Of a stretch of DNA of 64,000 bases, positions 28,740 through 37,992 are shown in pieces (positions within the stretch are counted from its first letter, which is position 1; the number at the start of each line of letters is the position of its first letter). The position numbers and the translations under genes are program-made. The stretch lies in the IMG/VR virus record IMGVR_UViG_3300034073_003340, positions 1-64,000 of that record; one strand, 5' to 3'. The notes under the pieces are model-generated. The model worked only from the letters and a program-made list of their open reading frames with translations, had not been told where the DNA came from and did not search any database.

Positions 28740-29735
28740 ATGACACTGAAATCACAAATTCTCGATCTGTCGCGTCAGAATAACATTGGCGCACTTTCCC
28801 CATTCATCGATAAGCTGTTTGATGAACAGATTGAACGGGGACTTTTCCCCACTACGTCTGATCTCGCAGCGACCAAGGACGCCATCATCAAGTTTCTTGA
28901 AGACTATCGTGAGCAGACCGGTCGACAGACGGTAGTCCTGGGGATGAGTGGCGGTGTAGACTCGGCACTGACTGCCGCACTTTTCAAAAGCGCAGGCTGG
29001 CGCGTTATTGGCGTTACCATGCCAATCCATCAGAACCCCGAGGAAACCGCCCGAGGCAAGGAAGCTTGTGAGGCTCTCGGTATTGAAGCTCGTCATATCG
29101 ATCTTTCCGATCTGTATGATGTCACCCTGAAGCACGAAGCCGTTCTGGACCCTGAGCTCAATGGTCCGATTATGGAAACCTTTGGTAACGAATTGCGTGT
29201 GGCAATTCGCAAGGGTAATATCCGGGCGCGCCTTCGCATGGTCACCCTCTACAACCTTGCTGCCAAGGAAGGCGGCATCGTGGCTTCAACTGATAACTTC
29301 AGTGAACTCGGAGCCGGTTTCTGGACGCTACACGGCGACGTGGGCGATGTTTCACCCATCCAGGCGCTGCTGAAAAGCTGGGAGGTACCATACATCTCGA
29401 GCATTGCTGGTGTTCCTGAAAGCACCTATCGCGCGACGCCAACCGACGGACTCGGCATCAGCAATGGTGACGAAGCTCAGCTAGGAGCCAGCTACCTCGA
29501 GTGGGATATCATGGTAAACGCCATGATGACGCTGGATCTGCATTCTCTGAAGAAGTTCATTGAAGCCAGCCAGGACGAACGAGCCATGGTGGTATTTTCA
29601 GCGGTTAGCCAGCGACTTGGTAGCAGCTGGTTCAAGCGTATGAACCCGGTCAATACCAAGCATCCCCTATTCCCTGACCGTTATGAGCAGCTTGCTGGCT
29701 TGGATCAAGAATTCCAGCCCAAGGTGGTCCTCTAA
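28740..29735 (+). CDS. nadE: NH3-dependent NAD+ synthetase
   Basis: VVLGMSGGVDS PP-loop, GNIRARLRMVTLY, TDNFSE...GFWTLHGD and PTDGL. No glutaminase domain. Confidence 0.92.
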   Translation: MTLKSQILDLSRQNNIGALSPFIDKLFDEQIERGLFPTTSDLAATKDAIIKFLEDYREQTGRQTVVLGMSGGVDSALTAALFKSAGWRVIGVTMPIHQNPEETARGKEACEALGIEARHIDLSDLYDVTLKHEAVLDPELNGPIMETFGNELRVAIRKGNIRARLRMVTLYNLAAKEGGIVASTDNFSELGAGFWTLHGDVGDVSPIQALLKSWEVPYISSIAGVPESTYRATPTDGLGISNGDEAQLGASYLEWDIMVNAMMTLDLHSLKKFIEASQDERAMVVFSAVSQRLGSSWFKRMNPVNTKHPLFPDRYEQLAGLDQEFQPKVVL

Positions 29736-29802
29736 ACACAATCTGGTTGCGATAGCGCGAAAACGTGCTATCGCACCATTTGTAACTGAATAGGAGGATC
29801 AT

Positions 29803-31116
29803 ATGGTCGATCTCGCAACTCGCGCCCACAATCACAACTGGCGCATGGATCCCATTATCAGGTCCCTATTGGACACTGATTTTTACAAGCTTATGATGGG
29901 CCAGTTCATTTTTGAACGTCATCCCAATCATATCATCACTTTTGGTCTCAAGAATCGAACCAAGACCTTTGTTCTTGCTGATCACATCAACATCAATGAT
30001 CTAACTGAGCAGCTTGATCATGTGAGATCTCTTCGATTCACTCCTCAGGAGTTGATCTGGCTCCAGGGCAATACATTCTATGGTCAAGAAAGAATCTTCA
30101 AGCCCGCATATATCAATTTCCTACGGACTTTGAAACTTCCTCCATATAGCATCGGGTTCAACGAGGATGGAGATTACTCCATCACCTTTACTGGGACTTG
30201 GGCCGAAGTGACCTTCTGGGAGATTTATTGTCTCTCAATTGTAAGCGAGCTCAAGACTCGTGCCGCACTTCGGACGCTCAGCAAGTTTGAACTTGATATT
30301 CTCTATTCAAATGCCAAGTCTAAGCTTTGGAAGAATTTGAAGAGGATTCGCAAAGCGGAAGTTCGTGGTCTATCGGATATGGGAACGCGTCGTAGACATA
30401 GTTTCCTCTATCAGGAATGGGCGGTGCTCGCTGCGGCTGAAGCCTTGGACCAAGGGTTTGCTGGAACCAGCAACGCATATCTTGCTATGAAGTATGGCTT
30501 TGAAGCTATCGGAACTAATGCTCATGAGATGCCCATGGTATTAGCTGCTATCAAAGCAAGTCAGGGCGGCACCGATGAAGAAATCCGCCAAACCCAGTAT
30601 GATTTTCTACAGGGATGGCAGAATGGATACTCCGGAAACGTGTTGGTGGCTTTGCCTGATACTTTTGGAACAACACAGTTTCTCAGGGACGCACCACAGT
30701 ATCTAAGCAATTGGCGTGGATTCCGTCCTGATAGCAAAAAGCCAGACGAGGCAACTGAAGAGCTTATTGCTTTTTGGAAGCGTATGGGTGTTGATCCTTT
30801 GAAGAAGCTGGTTCTTTATAGTGACGGACTGGATGTGGATGAAATTATTCGCATTTGGAATAAGTGGAACGGTATCGTCCAAATTGGTTTTGGATGGGGG
30901 ACCAACCTGACCAATGACTTCAGGGATTGTCACCCGCGCGGGGAAACTACGCTGGATCCACTATCACTGGTTTGTAAGGTAATTGAAGCCAATGGTCATC
31001 CGGCGGTCAAGCTGTCTGACAATTACTCTAAGGCCACTGGTGATAAGGCCGAAGTAGATCGCTATCGTAGAATTTTCGGTAGCGAAGGAATGAGCAACAT
31101 TGGAGTTGTGGTATAA
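29803..31116 (+). CDS. pncB: Nicotinate phosphoribosyltransferase
   Basis: SLLDTDFYKL, DMGTRRRHSF, GTSN, GTNAHE (phospho-His), LPDTFGT, RPDS, SDGLD, FGWGTNLTND and VKLSDN. Alphaproteobacterial-style N-terminus. Confidence 0.95.
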   Translation: MVDLATRAHNHNWRMDPIIRSLLDTDFYKLMMGQFIFERHPNHIITFGLKNRTKTFVLADHININDLTEQLDHVRSLRFTPQELIWLQGNTFYGQERIFKPAYINFLRTLKLPPYSIGFNEDGDYSITFTGTWAEVTFWEIYCLSIVSELKTRAALRTLSKFELDILYSNAKSKLWKNLKRIRKAEVRGLSDMGTRRRHSFLYQEWAVLAAAEALDQGFAGTSNAYLAMKYGFEAIGTNAHEMPMVLAAIKASQGGTDEEIRQTQYDFLQGWQNGYSGNVLVALPDTFGTTQFLRDAPQYLSNWRGFRPDSKKPDEATEELIAFWKRMGVDPLKKLVLYSDGLDVDEIIRIWNKWNGIVQIGFGWGTNLTNDFRDCHPRGETTLDPLSLVCKVIEANGHPAVKLSDNYSKATGDKAEVDRYRRIFGSEGMSNIGVVV

Positions 31117-31457
31117 TGACAGCCAATCCTAGATATGCTTGTACCACCCCTGGTTGTGGTATGAAAAATACCCGCAAGCAACTTAGGATCAATAATGGCA
31201 TTTGTCCACATTGTAAGACCGCGATGTCTCATAAGGATTGGATGGGACAACATACTGCCACAATAGCGCAAGTTCTTTCTCTTCCCAAAGCTGATGAAAT
31301 CAGCGTAGGAGACATTGCGGAAATCGTCGGTATCAGTCGGGTTGATTTGATCAATTTGGCTGTCCAGGAAAAGATTAGGGTTTGGACTTCTGACCCAAAT
31401 AATATAGAAGCTGCTGTGAAGCAGGATTTAATGCTCGCAAAGCTCTATAGGAGATAA
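31116..31457 (+). CDS. Zn-ribbon plus HTH-like protein
   Basis: CxxxxC...CPHC followed by SVGDIAEIVGISRVDLINL. Confidence 0.5.
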   Translation: MTANPRYACTTPGCGMKNTRKQLRINNGICPHCKTAMSHKDWMGQHTATIAQVLSLPKADEISVGDIAEIVGISRVDLINLAVQEKIRVWTSDPNNIEAAVKQDLMLAKLYRR

Positions 31458-31461
31458 AGAT

Positions 31462-32139
31462 ATGGCTTATTGTTATCCGTTTCGCATGGCAAGTGGCACA
31501 GCCACTATGCTGCCAATTGATGCTAAGAATCAAAGGGTTCTTCTTGGGGTTCGTTCTAAGAACGCTTGGGTATATCCTGGAAAGCTCAGCCTCGCAGGTG
31601 GCTTTATGGAAGCTCGCTTTGTTGAGGAGCAGGATCACGATCTGATGAAGCAGGCCCGGCAGTTTGTTATGAATCTCCTGGGGTGGAAGTTGGTCGCAGA
31701 CGAATACGCCGAGGGTGAAAATCTCGAAGAATGCGCGATTCGTGAACTGGAAGAAGAAATGGGCATCAAAGTTGATATTGATCAGCTCAAGATGTTCTCG
31801 GTGCGATCAAACTGTCGCACCGATACTCGTGCCCATGTGATCAATGCCTGTTACTACTTTGAGATGACTGACGAGCAAATCAAAGCTGCTACGGCCGGTG
31901 ACGATCTCGATTTTCTGGTCTGGCACTACATGGCCGACTTTGATATTGAGATTCCATATCAGGCACTGGAAGCCAAATATGATATGGCGTTCAACCACTT
32001 CGAGGTCATGATTCAGGGAATCGCAGCTTGGCGCAAGGAACAGCGATACAAGAACCTCGAAGCCGAGGTCGCTAGACTGCGCGAGCAGGTTAGCAACCTT
32101 AGCTGGGGAATGGCTGGCGATCGCCAGGGAGGCGTATAA
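31462..32139 (+). CDS. Nudix hydrolase (ADP-ribose pyrophosphatase/NrtR-type domain) with C-terminal coiled coil
   Basis: LAGGFME, Nudix box GENLEECAIRELEEEMGI, RTDTRAHVINACY and MAFNH. Confidence 0.85.
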   Translation: MAYCYPFRMASGTATMLPIDAKNQRVLLGVRSKNAWVYPGKLSLAGGFMEARFVEEQDHDLMKQARQFVMNLLGWKLVADEYAEGENLEECAIRELEEEMGIKVDIDQLKMFSVRSNCRTDTRAHVINACYYFEMTDEQIKAATAGDDLDFLVWHYMADFDIEIPYQALEAKYDMAFNHFEVMIQGIAAWRKEQRYKNLEAEVARLREQVSNLSWGMAGDRQGGV

Positions 32140-32744
32140 TGGCAAAAAGAACCGCACTAGCAGCAATGCGAACTATGCCTCTACATAAGGGGCATACTAT
32201 GATTGCCCAGCAGATGGTTGACAACTATGACACGGTGATCATTTGTAATGGTTCGGCAGACAAACCGATCACAATTCAGAATCCATTTCCTGTACAGGTT
32301 CGTATGGAGATGTGGAAGAGAGTGTTTGGTGATCGTATCAAGCTGGTTCCAGTATCTGATCTTGGAGCCACCCGTGACACCAACGAGTGGTGCGACTATC
32401 TTTTGAGCAAAATCAAGGGTCTTGGTTTGCCTGATCCCACCGATTACTGGACTGGTTCACCGGCAGATGCTATTTGGTATCGGGGTCGATTCTTCAATAA
32501 GGAGTGTGGCTCACCGGCTGATGATAATACCGATGAGTTCATCCAGCGATACATGCCAAATGGGGTCTTCCGTCAGCTTCATATGGTCGAGCGGACTGGA
32601 AACTATATTCCCAGCGCCACTGAACTGCGCCAGTTCATGGTTACCAGAGATGACGGTTGGAAACGCTGGGTTCCAGCTGTAATACATGATCTAGTCGAGG
32701 AGCATTTTCCCGAAGAGTTCAAAGTGGGACACGGAGACAAATAA
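32139..32744 (+). CDS. NadM-like NMN/NaMN adenylyltransferase
   Basis: PLHKGH (HxGH), GSA...NPF...R-x-EM and SATELR. Confidence 0.85.
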   Translation: MAKRTALAAMRTMPLHKGHTMIAQQMVDNYDTVIICNGSADKPITIQNPFPVQVRMEMWKRVFGDRIKLVPVSDLGATRDTNEWCDYLLSKIKGLGLPDPTDYWTGSPADAIWYRGRFFNKECGSPADDNTDEFIQRYMPNGVFRQLHMVERTGNYIPSATELRQFMVTRDDGWKRWVPAVIHDLVEEHFPEEFKVGHGDK

Positions 32745-33082
32745 TGGGTGACATGGGAGATCTGTTCAAGGATCTTAAGGATATCAAGAAACAGCGGGCC
32801 CAATCAAGAGTTGATGAGTTTAAACAGAAGAAAGAATTCATTGAAAACTCTATCACCCAATCGGCCAACGAACGACGTGGAGAAGTCTATTTCAGAGTCG
32901 ATGATAGTGGAACCTTTAACGTCCATCTGATTAGTAACCGGATTACTGGAACCAGGAACAACAGAGCTACGATACAGTTCTATCCTACCAAGGGATCATG
33001 GCAGTTCAAGGGAAAAATGTTTCACGGTGGTGTAGACGCCTTTGTGGCATGGGCCACAAAAACGATAAGGAAGACATTATGA
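32744..33082 (+). CDS. Hypothetical protein
   Basis: 112 aa, translationally coupled; MGDMGD...QFYPTKG pattern. Confidence 0.65.
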   Translation: MGDMGDLFKDLKDIKKQRAQSRVDEFKQKKEFIENSITQSANERRGEVYFRVDDSGTFNVHLISNRITGTRNNRATIQFYPTKGSWQFKGKMFHGGVDAFVAWATKTIRKTL

Positions 33083-33507
33083 GTGCGATCATCCAGACCG
33101 TAGCATCAGTTGAGCCATATGGTGAAAACCTCTCCATCGTGACCACTAGCGAAGGACACAAGGTTATCGCGAATCGCAAAGAAGATGGCAGTTTTCGCTG
33201 GACCACGGGAGAAGTCATCTGCTATGTCAGCGAAGGATCCATTATCCCTGACGACGTCCTCAAGGAGCGTGGCTACTGGGACGCTGAAAAGGATCGAGGT
33301 CTACTCGACGGTGGCAAGCGAAATCGCGTCAAGATGAAGAAGTTGGCCGGCTTCGAATCACGTGGTTTGCTTTTCAAAGTCATGGAAGGCGGAGCAGGTC
33401 CTCTAAATGGAGACCTTTGGATAGTTCGAGGTGATCAGTCTAGCAATATGTTGACTCTAGGCGATGATGTATCAGAATTCCTAGGTATTGTTGAATTTCA
33501 GGGATGA
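33079..33507 (+). CDS. Stand-alone OB-fold resembling the N-terminal domain of DRB0094/Rnl5-type RNA ligases
   Basis: GEVICYVSEGSIIP...RVKMKKLAGFESRGLL...GDDVSEFLGI pattern. ATG 33079 overlaps the upstream stop. Confidence 0.6.
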   Translation: MSAIIQTVASVEPYGENLSIVTTSEGHKVIANRKEDGSFRWTTGEVICYVSEGSIIPDDVLKERGYWDAEKDRGLLDGGKRNRVKMKKLAGFESRGLLFKVMEGGAGPLNGDLWIVRGDQSSNMLTLGDDVSEFLGIVEFQG

Positions 33508-33560
33508 TCCAGATTGACAACTTGAAACTAGGATGTAGATAAAAAGGATTGGAGAATAAA

Positions 33561-34181
33561 ATGTCAAAGTTTCTCATAGTTGTCGATACACAAAGGGATT
33601 TTATGTATCCAGACGGCGCCCTGTATGTCAGCGGTGCTGATACTTTTATTCCTGCTGCCAATAGCTTTTTGCGTAATTTAGACGCACCGGAATATTCTGG
33701 TGTTCTGTTTACCATGGACACCCACACTCCTGAGGAATATGCCGGCTCACCTGAGAGTGAGATGTTTGGTCCACATTGTGTAAAGGGAACAGACGGTTGG
33801 ACCAATGTGTTCGATCCCGAATATATGAGCAAAGCGTTTCCGATCTATTATCTAGAAAAGGGCGTTTTCAATATGTGGGAAGAGCCCGGTCTCCAGATAT
33901 ATCCGACTAGTGGGGTCCTGAATTCCTATGACCATACTCGCGGGCTCCAGGGAGATGAAGAAGGTATTGATCGTGATCAATTCTTCCAGCAGCTTTTAAG
34001 TCAGGGTATGACTATTCAAGTATTTGGTGTTGCGAGCGATTACTGCGTCAAATGGGCAGTAGATGGTTTGATCCGTCGAGGATTTACCGTAGAGGTTATC
34101 GACGATCTCTGCCGGGGCATATCCACGCCGGCAAGCGAGGTATTTGCAGGTTCGGAATATCAACAGGTGAGGATCGTATAA
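33561..34181 (+). CDS. pncA: Nicotinamidase
   Basis: LIVVDTQRDF, DTH, PHCV-x-GT-x-G, KG and GVASDYCVK. GGAG RBS. Confidence 0.9.
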   Translation: MSKFLIVVDTQRDFMYPDGALYVSGADTFIPAANSFLRNLDAPEYSGVLFTMDTHTPEEYAGSPESEMFGPHCVKGTDGWTNVFDPEYMSKAFPIYYLEKGVFNMWEEPGLQIYPTSGVLNSYDHTRGLQGDEEGIDRDQFFQQLLSQGMTIQVFGVASDYCVKWAVDGLIRRGFTVEVIDDLCRGISTPASEVFAGSEYQQVRIV

Positions 34182-34654
34182 TGGGCATAGTAATTAAAAG
34201 CCCAAATAGCCTGCTACCTATTCGCAATCGTAGTATTTTCTTGGCTGGTGGGATTAGCAATTGTCCCGACTGGCAGGAGACGACTGCTCAGCGCATTGCC
34301 AATAGCGTGGATGACTGTATTGTCTATAACCCCCGGCGTGATGACTTTGATATGTCAGCGTATGAGGAAATCAGTAGACAACAGATCACCTGGGAATATC
34401 ATGCCCTCCGAATGTCCTCGGTGAACCTTTTTTGGTTTCCGGCCGAGACTCTTTGTCCCATTACTCTCTTTGAGTATGGTAGTGCGATAGAGCGTCTCCC
34501 CGACGGTGCGGTAATGTGTGGCACCCATCCCGACTATGAGCGTCGCTTCGATCTCGTTGAGCAGACACGCTTGCGAAACGGTATGCCAATCTTCAATGAT
34601 CTGGATCAACTTATCAAAGAAACCATCATACTGCTGAAAAGCATTCCTGCTTGA
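34181..34654 (+). CDS. Nucleoside 2-deoxyribosyltransferase-like protein
   Basis: IFLAGGI...WQ...NPRR...QI-x-WE...FWF...PITLFEYG. ATG overlaps the pncA stop. Confidence 0.8.
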   Translation: MGIVIKSPNSLLPIRNRSIFLAGGISNCPDWQETTAQRIANSVDDCIVYNPRRDDFDMSAYEEISRQQITWEYHALRMSSVNLFWFPAETLCPITLFEYGSAIERLPDGAVMCGTHPDYERRFDLVEQTRLRNGMPIFNDLDQLIKETIILLKSIPA

Positions 34655-34699
34655 CATATCTCCTTTCTCTGCTAATCAGGTGGGGAAAGGAGATACATC

Positions 34700-35359
34700 G
34701 TGACACCGCCAAAATATCCGCGCACATTCCACTGGCCATGGTCCCAGCAGGTTCACAGTGATGACTCCTATCATCAAGATCCTGAATTCTTTGTTGGCAA
34801 GGATGTTGTCGTAACTGAAAAGCTTGATGGTGGAAATACTGCTCTCAATGGGGGAAGTGTCTATGCCCGATCAACAGGTCAAGAAGCAACGCAAGGCTGG
34901 TTTGCCCATGTGAAGAAGTATCACGCATGGAAATCCACTGGTCTTGATCCTGATATTACCATTTACGGCGAAGATTTAGCGGCTCTTCATTCCATCAAGT
35001 ATCAGATTCCAATGGATAAAACCTATAAGGTTTTTGCGGTAAGGGAAAAAGATCAGTTCCTTTCCTGGGAGTCAGTGGTTTCCACTGCTAGCCAAATTCA
35101 TCTGGATATTGTTCCCGTGATTTTCAACGGTCGTTTCAACAGCATCAAGGAAATCACCAAGTTCTTTGAAGACGAGATTCGCAAGCCAAGTAAGTTCGGC
35201 ACAGAACGCGAAGGGTTTGTGATGAGAACTGTTGATGGGTTCGATGCCAGCAAATTCTCTCAGAATGTCTGTAAGTATGTGAGAAAGAACCACGTTCAAA
35301 CAGACGAGCACTGGACCAAGAACTGGACTTGGAACGATTTGAGCCAGCCCGGTTACTAA
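34700..35359 (+). CDS. ATP-dependent RNA ligase (nucleotidyltransferase domain only)
   Basis: KYPRT-x-H, motif I TEKLDGGN, IYGE, FAV, EGFVMR and KYVR. Confidence 0.85.
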   Translation: MTPPKYPRTFHWPWSQQVHSDDSYHQDPEFFVGKDVVVTEKLDGGNTALNGGSVYARSTGQEATQGWFAHVKKYHAWKSTGLDPDITIYGEDLAALHSIKYQIPMDKTYKVFAVREKDQFLSWESVVSTASQIHLDIVPVIFNGRFNSIKEITKFFEDEIRKPSKFGTEREGFVMRTVDGFDASKFSQNVCKYVRKNHVQTDEHWTKNWTWNDLSQPGY

Positions 35360-35405
35360 ATTGACTCTTTGGGCCTTTTGAGCACAAAGTAAGCCCAAAG
35401 AGTCA

Positions 35406-35912
35406 ATGGAGTATGCGGTGTTTAAACCAGGTAAATTCTATGCCATCCAGGCCCGAGAAAGAGACGGAAATATCGTTTTCTGTGAGGCCGTCAATCAATA
35501 TCTAAATCACTCAGATAGATTGAAGTCCATTGCTCGCCAGGCCGCCAGAGGTGGTATGAACGACTTCCAAGACAATATTGACGACGTCCATGTGATGACT
35601 CGGCCTAACCCGTTTAGTTCAAAACTATGGCCAACTGGTTCAGACATTAATGAAATAATAGATCATATGCGGTCTATACGAAACTCCTCAAGCAAATCAG
35701 ACATAGATCCAAATAGTCTAAAGATTGTTGTCATCAACTGTAGTGTTGATTCATATGTGCCTGAAAGTCCAAGTGACGAAGAAACTGAATTGAGAAGGTT
35801 TGTCCTAGAAAAACTGAATAAAGAGGAAAAGCGTTTGTTAAAGGTTGATCATTGGGACGTATATAACAAACTAGCTGATCGTTCATCTATCGATACACAT
35901 GAAGACGATTGA
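35406..35912 (+). CDS. Hypothetical protein, family A C-terminal motif
   Basis: LRRFVLEKLNKEEKRLL...VYNK. Confidence 0.65.
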   Translation: MEYAVFKPGKFYAIQARERDGNIVFCEAVNQYLNHSDRLKSIARQAARGGMNDFQDNIDDVHVMTRPNPFSSKLWPTGSDINEIIDHMRSIRNSSSKSDIDPNSLKIVVINCSVDSYVPESPSDEETELRRFVLEKLNKEEKRLLKVDHWDVYNKLADRSSIDTHEDD

Positions 35913-36900
35913 CATGCCCAAATCAGGAGTATATAAACCTGGAATGAATATGTCCAAGACAAATACACCACAGGGTCAAACTAATAGTGCCAACCCTACT
36001 AGTTTGAAAAAGCTACAAGCATCATATGATGCTTTGAAGCGCGTCGAAGACATGAGTATCCCAAAAAAATCACCAAAGCCTACCAAACAGTCTCCCCATA
36101 TCGAGGGACGATACAAGAAAATGGGCGAGGCTATAGGCATCTGCCCCTATGAGCTAAAAGCCATAATGAATGGCTCGTTTAGTGAGGATCAGATGTTGAT
36201 CCTCACTCTTCTCAAAAAGTTTGTTACTGCTGCCAAGCTTAGTGGTGCCGTGGATCTTTCCCCAATCCATACTGCTTTGAAGGAATCTGAGGAGCGATAT
36301 CAGAATGATCTCGAACAATGGAAAATATCAAGTAGAAAGATTGAAGGTGCCCAACGGCTTCATGAAAAAGAACTAGCAGAAAAGCAAAAGGACTTCAGCA
36401 CCACATGGGGTGATATCCTCATCGATCTAGTCACTAAGATTAGTCGAAACAACGATATCAAGAGCCTTGGCGAAATGGACCAACTAATGGTCTTGGCTAT
36501 AGCCAGGACAGGGTCCAAATATTGTAAGGTGGTAAAAGACAAGATCAGTCTTGACTTCAATAATTGTAAAAAGATGCCAGCCGAGGATATTATCAGTCTC
36601 CGAGATGTTGCCAATACCATCAAGGAAGAACGAAAATACAATGAGTGGATGACATGGCTCAACACAGCTTCTCTTGAAGAAATGAAAAGTGAGCTCCTGA
36701 AATCTGAACGTGGCCTCGTTGATTTGTCATATGATCAGATCTCCGATATCAGCTTTGCCATTTCGAAGAAAATAGGCATTACCGCAGGTTTTGATGATAA
36801 TGGTGACTTCGTTTACCTATATGACGGTTCTGATAGTGATGAATGGTTTGACCGACCACAATATGATTGGTATGGCAACCCACGTCATTGGAAACTCTAA
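35899..36900 (+). CDS. Hypothetical protein
   Basis: 333 aa helical ORF. Confidence 0.65.
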   Translation: MKTIDMPKSGVYKPGMNMSKTNTPQGQTNSANPTSLKKLQASYDALKRVEDMSIPKKSPKPTKQSPHIEGRYKKMGEAIGICPYELKAIMNGSFSEDQMLILTLLKKFVTAAKLSGAVDLSPIHTALKESEERYQNDLEQWKISSRKIEGAQRLHEKELAEKQKDFSTTWGDILIDLVTKISRNNDIKSLGEMDQLMVLAIARTGSKYCKVVKDKISLDFNNCKKMPAEDIISLRDVANTIKEERKYNEWMTWLNTASLEEMKSELLKSERGLVDLSYDQISDISFAISKKIGITAGFDDNGDFVYLYDGSDSDEWFDRPQYDWYGNPRHWKL

Positions 36901-36987
36901 TATAACAGAATGAGAATACAAATATAGACAGGTGACAGTTCACCTGTCTACCGTGTCCAAGAAGGTTAAAAACCACTTGGAGCACCA

Positions 36988-37329
36988 ATGTCTAGTTCAC
37001 CCGAAAATGATGATCTTGTAGCAGAAATGCAGGATCGCGCATATACCACAATAGCATATGTCATTCGCAATCTAGCGCAGTCCTACAACGCTAAGGTCAA
37101 CGACCCACTAATCATCAACAATGCTTTACTGAATACCGTGGCTCAAATGGTGGGCGAAATGATCGCCTGCTATCCCGCTAATGAGCGAGAAGAAGTTTCC
37201 CTCTCAACAGTCAAGCATATGAACTATGCTCAGGATATGATGGTCCTCGAGCTTGACCAGAAGAACAATCCTCCGTCCGGCGAAGAAGCTTTGGATCTAT
37301 CCAGCATGACCCCAAAGGGTAACTGCTGA
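36988..37329 (+). CDS. Hypothetical protein
   Basis: 113 aa ORF with GGAG RBS. Confidence 0.65.
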   Translation: MSSSPENDDLVAEMQDRAYTTIAYVIRNLAQSYNAKVNDPLIINNALLNTVAQMVGEMIACYPANEREEVSLSTVKHMNYAQDMMVLELDQKNNPPSGEEALDLSSMTPKGNC

Positions 37330-37910
37330 TGACAAAGCTATTCAAAGTTCGAGACAAGGTAACTGGTAAGTTTTGGAACGGAAACTATCGCAGGTCAGCT
37401 TTTGACGATCAGGGTAAAACTTGGAAGAAAGTAGATAAGGTAGAAAACTCCATTGGCCACTTTATAAACTACCGCAATCGTTACAACCCCCAAACCTCGC
37501 ATAGCCTGCCAGACTCCTGGGAAATCGTAACAGTTGAACTGGTAGAAAAAGAAGTAGACAAAGAAAGTCTAAATGACTTCATGAAATTCCTGTTGCTGAA
37601 GACTGAAGTTGAGAAGTCAGGCTATCAGTTTTCATATTTTGTTGAAAAGATGAGAAACAAGAAAGTTTTAGATCAGATAGAATTCTTGATTCTCTTAAAA
37701 CCCAGTGAAGGACGTCGCTATGTGGACATGGAACGAATCATAGAGGCTAGGTCGCATATTCGAGGACTCGGCATTAAGACTAGGACTTTTAGAGAAAGTT
37801 CTGGAGTGTTTGGCATGATGGATCGTCAGCAAGCCCTCAGAGCTCGAATGACCCTAGACGTTGAGGCTACAATTGATCTCAGAGAATTACGAAATAGATT
37901 AGGTCTCTAA
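37329..37910 (+). CDS. Hypothetical protein, paralog family B
   Basis: LFKVRDKVTG...GKTW; similar layout to 28030..28674. Confidence 0.7.
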   Translation: MTKLFKVRDKVTGKFWNGNYRRSAFDDQGKTWKKVDKVENSIGHFINYRNRYNPQTSHSLPDSWEIVTVELVEKEVDKESLNDFMKFLLLKTEVEKSGYQFSYFVEKMRNKKVLDQIEFLILLKPSEGRRYVDMERIIEARSHIRGLGIKTRTFRESSGVFGMMDRQQALRARMTLDVEATIDLRELRNRLGL

Positions 37911-37992
37911 TCAAACCTTTGCCTTTCTGGTTGACATCCTATCTTCTGAGTGTAGAAATAGGATATAGACAGCAAGGCAAAGGAGATCGAAA

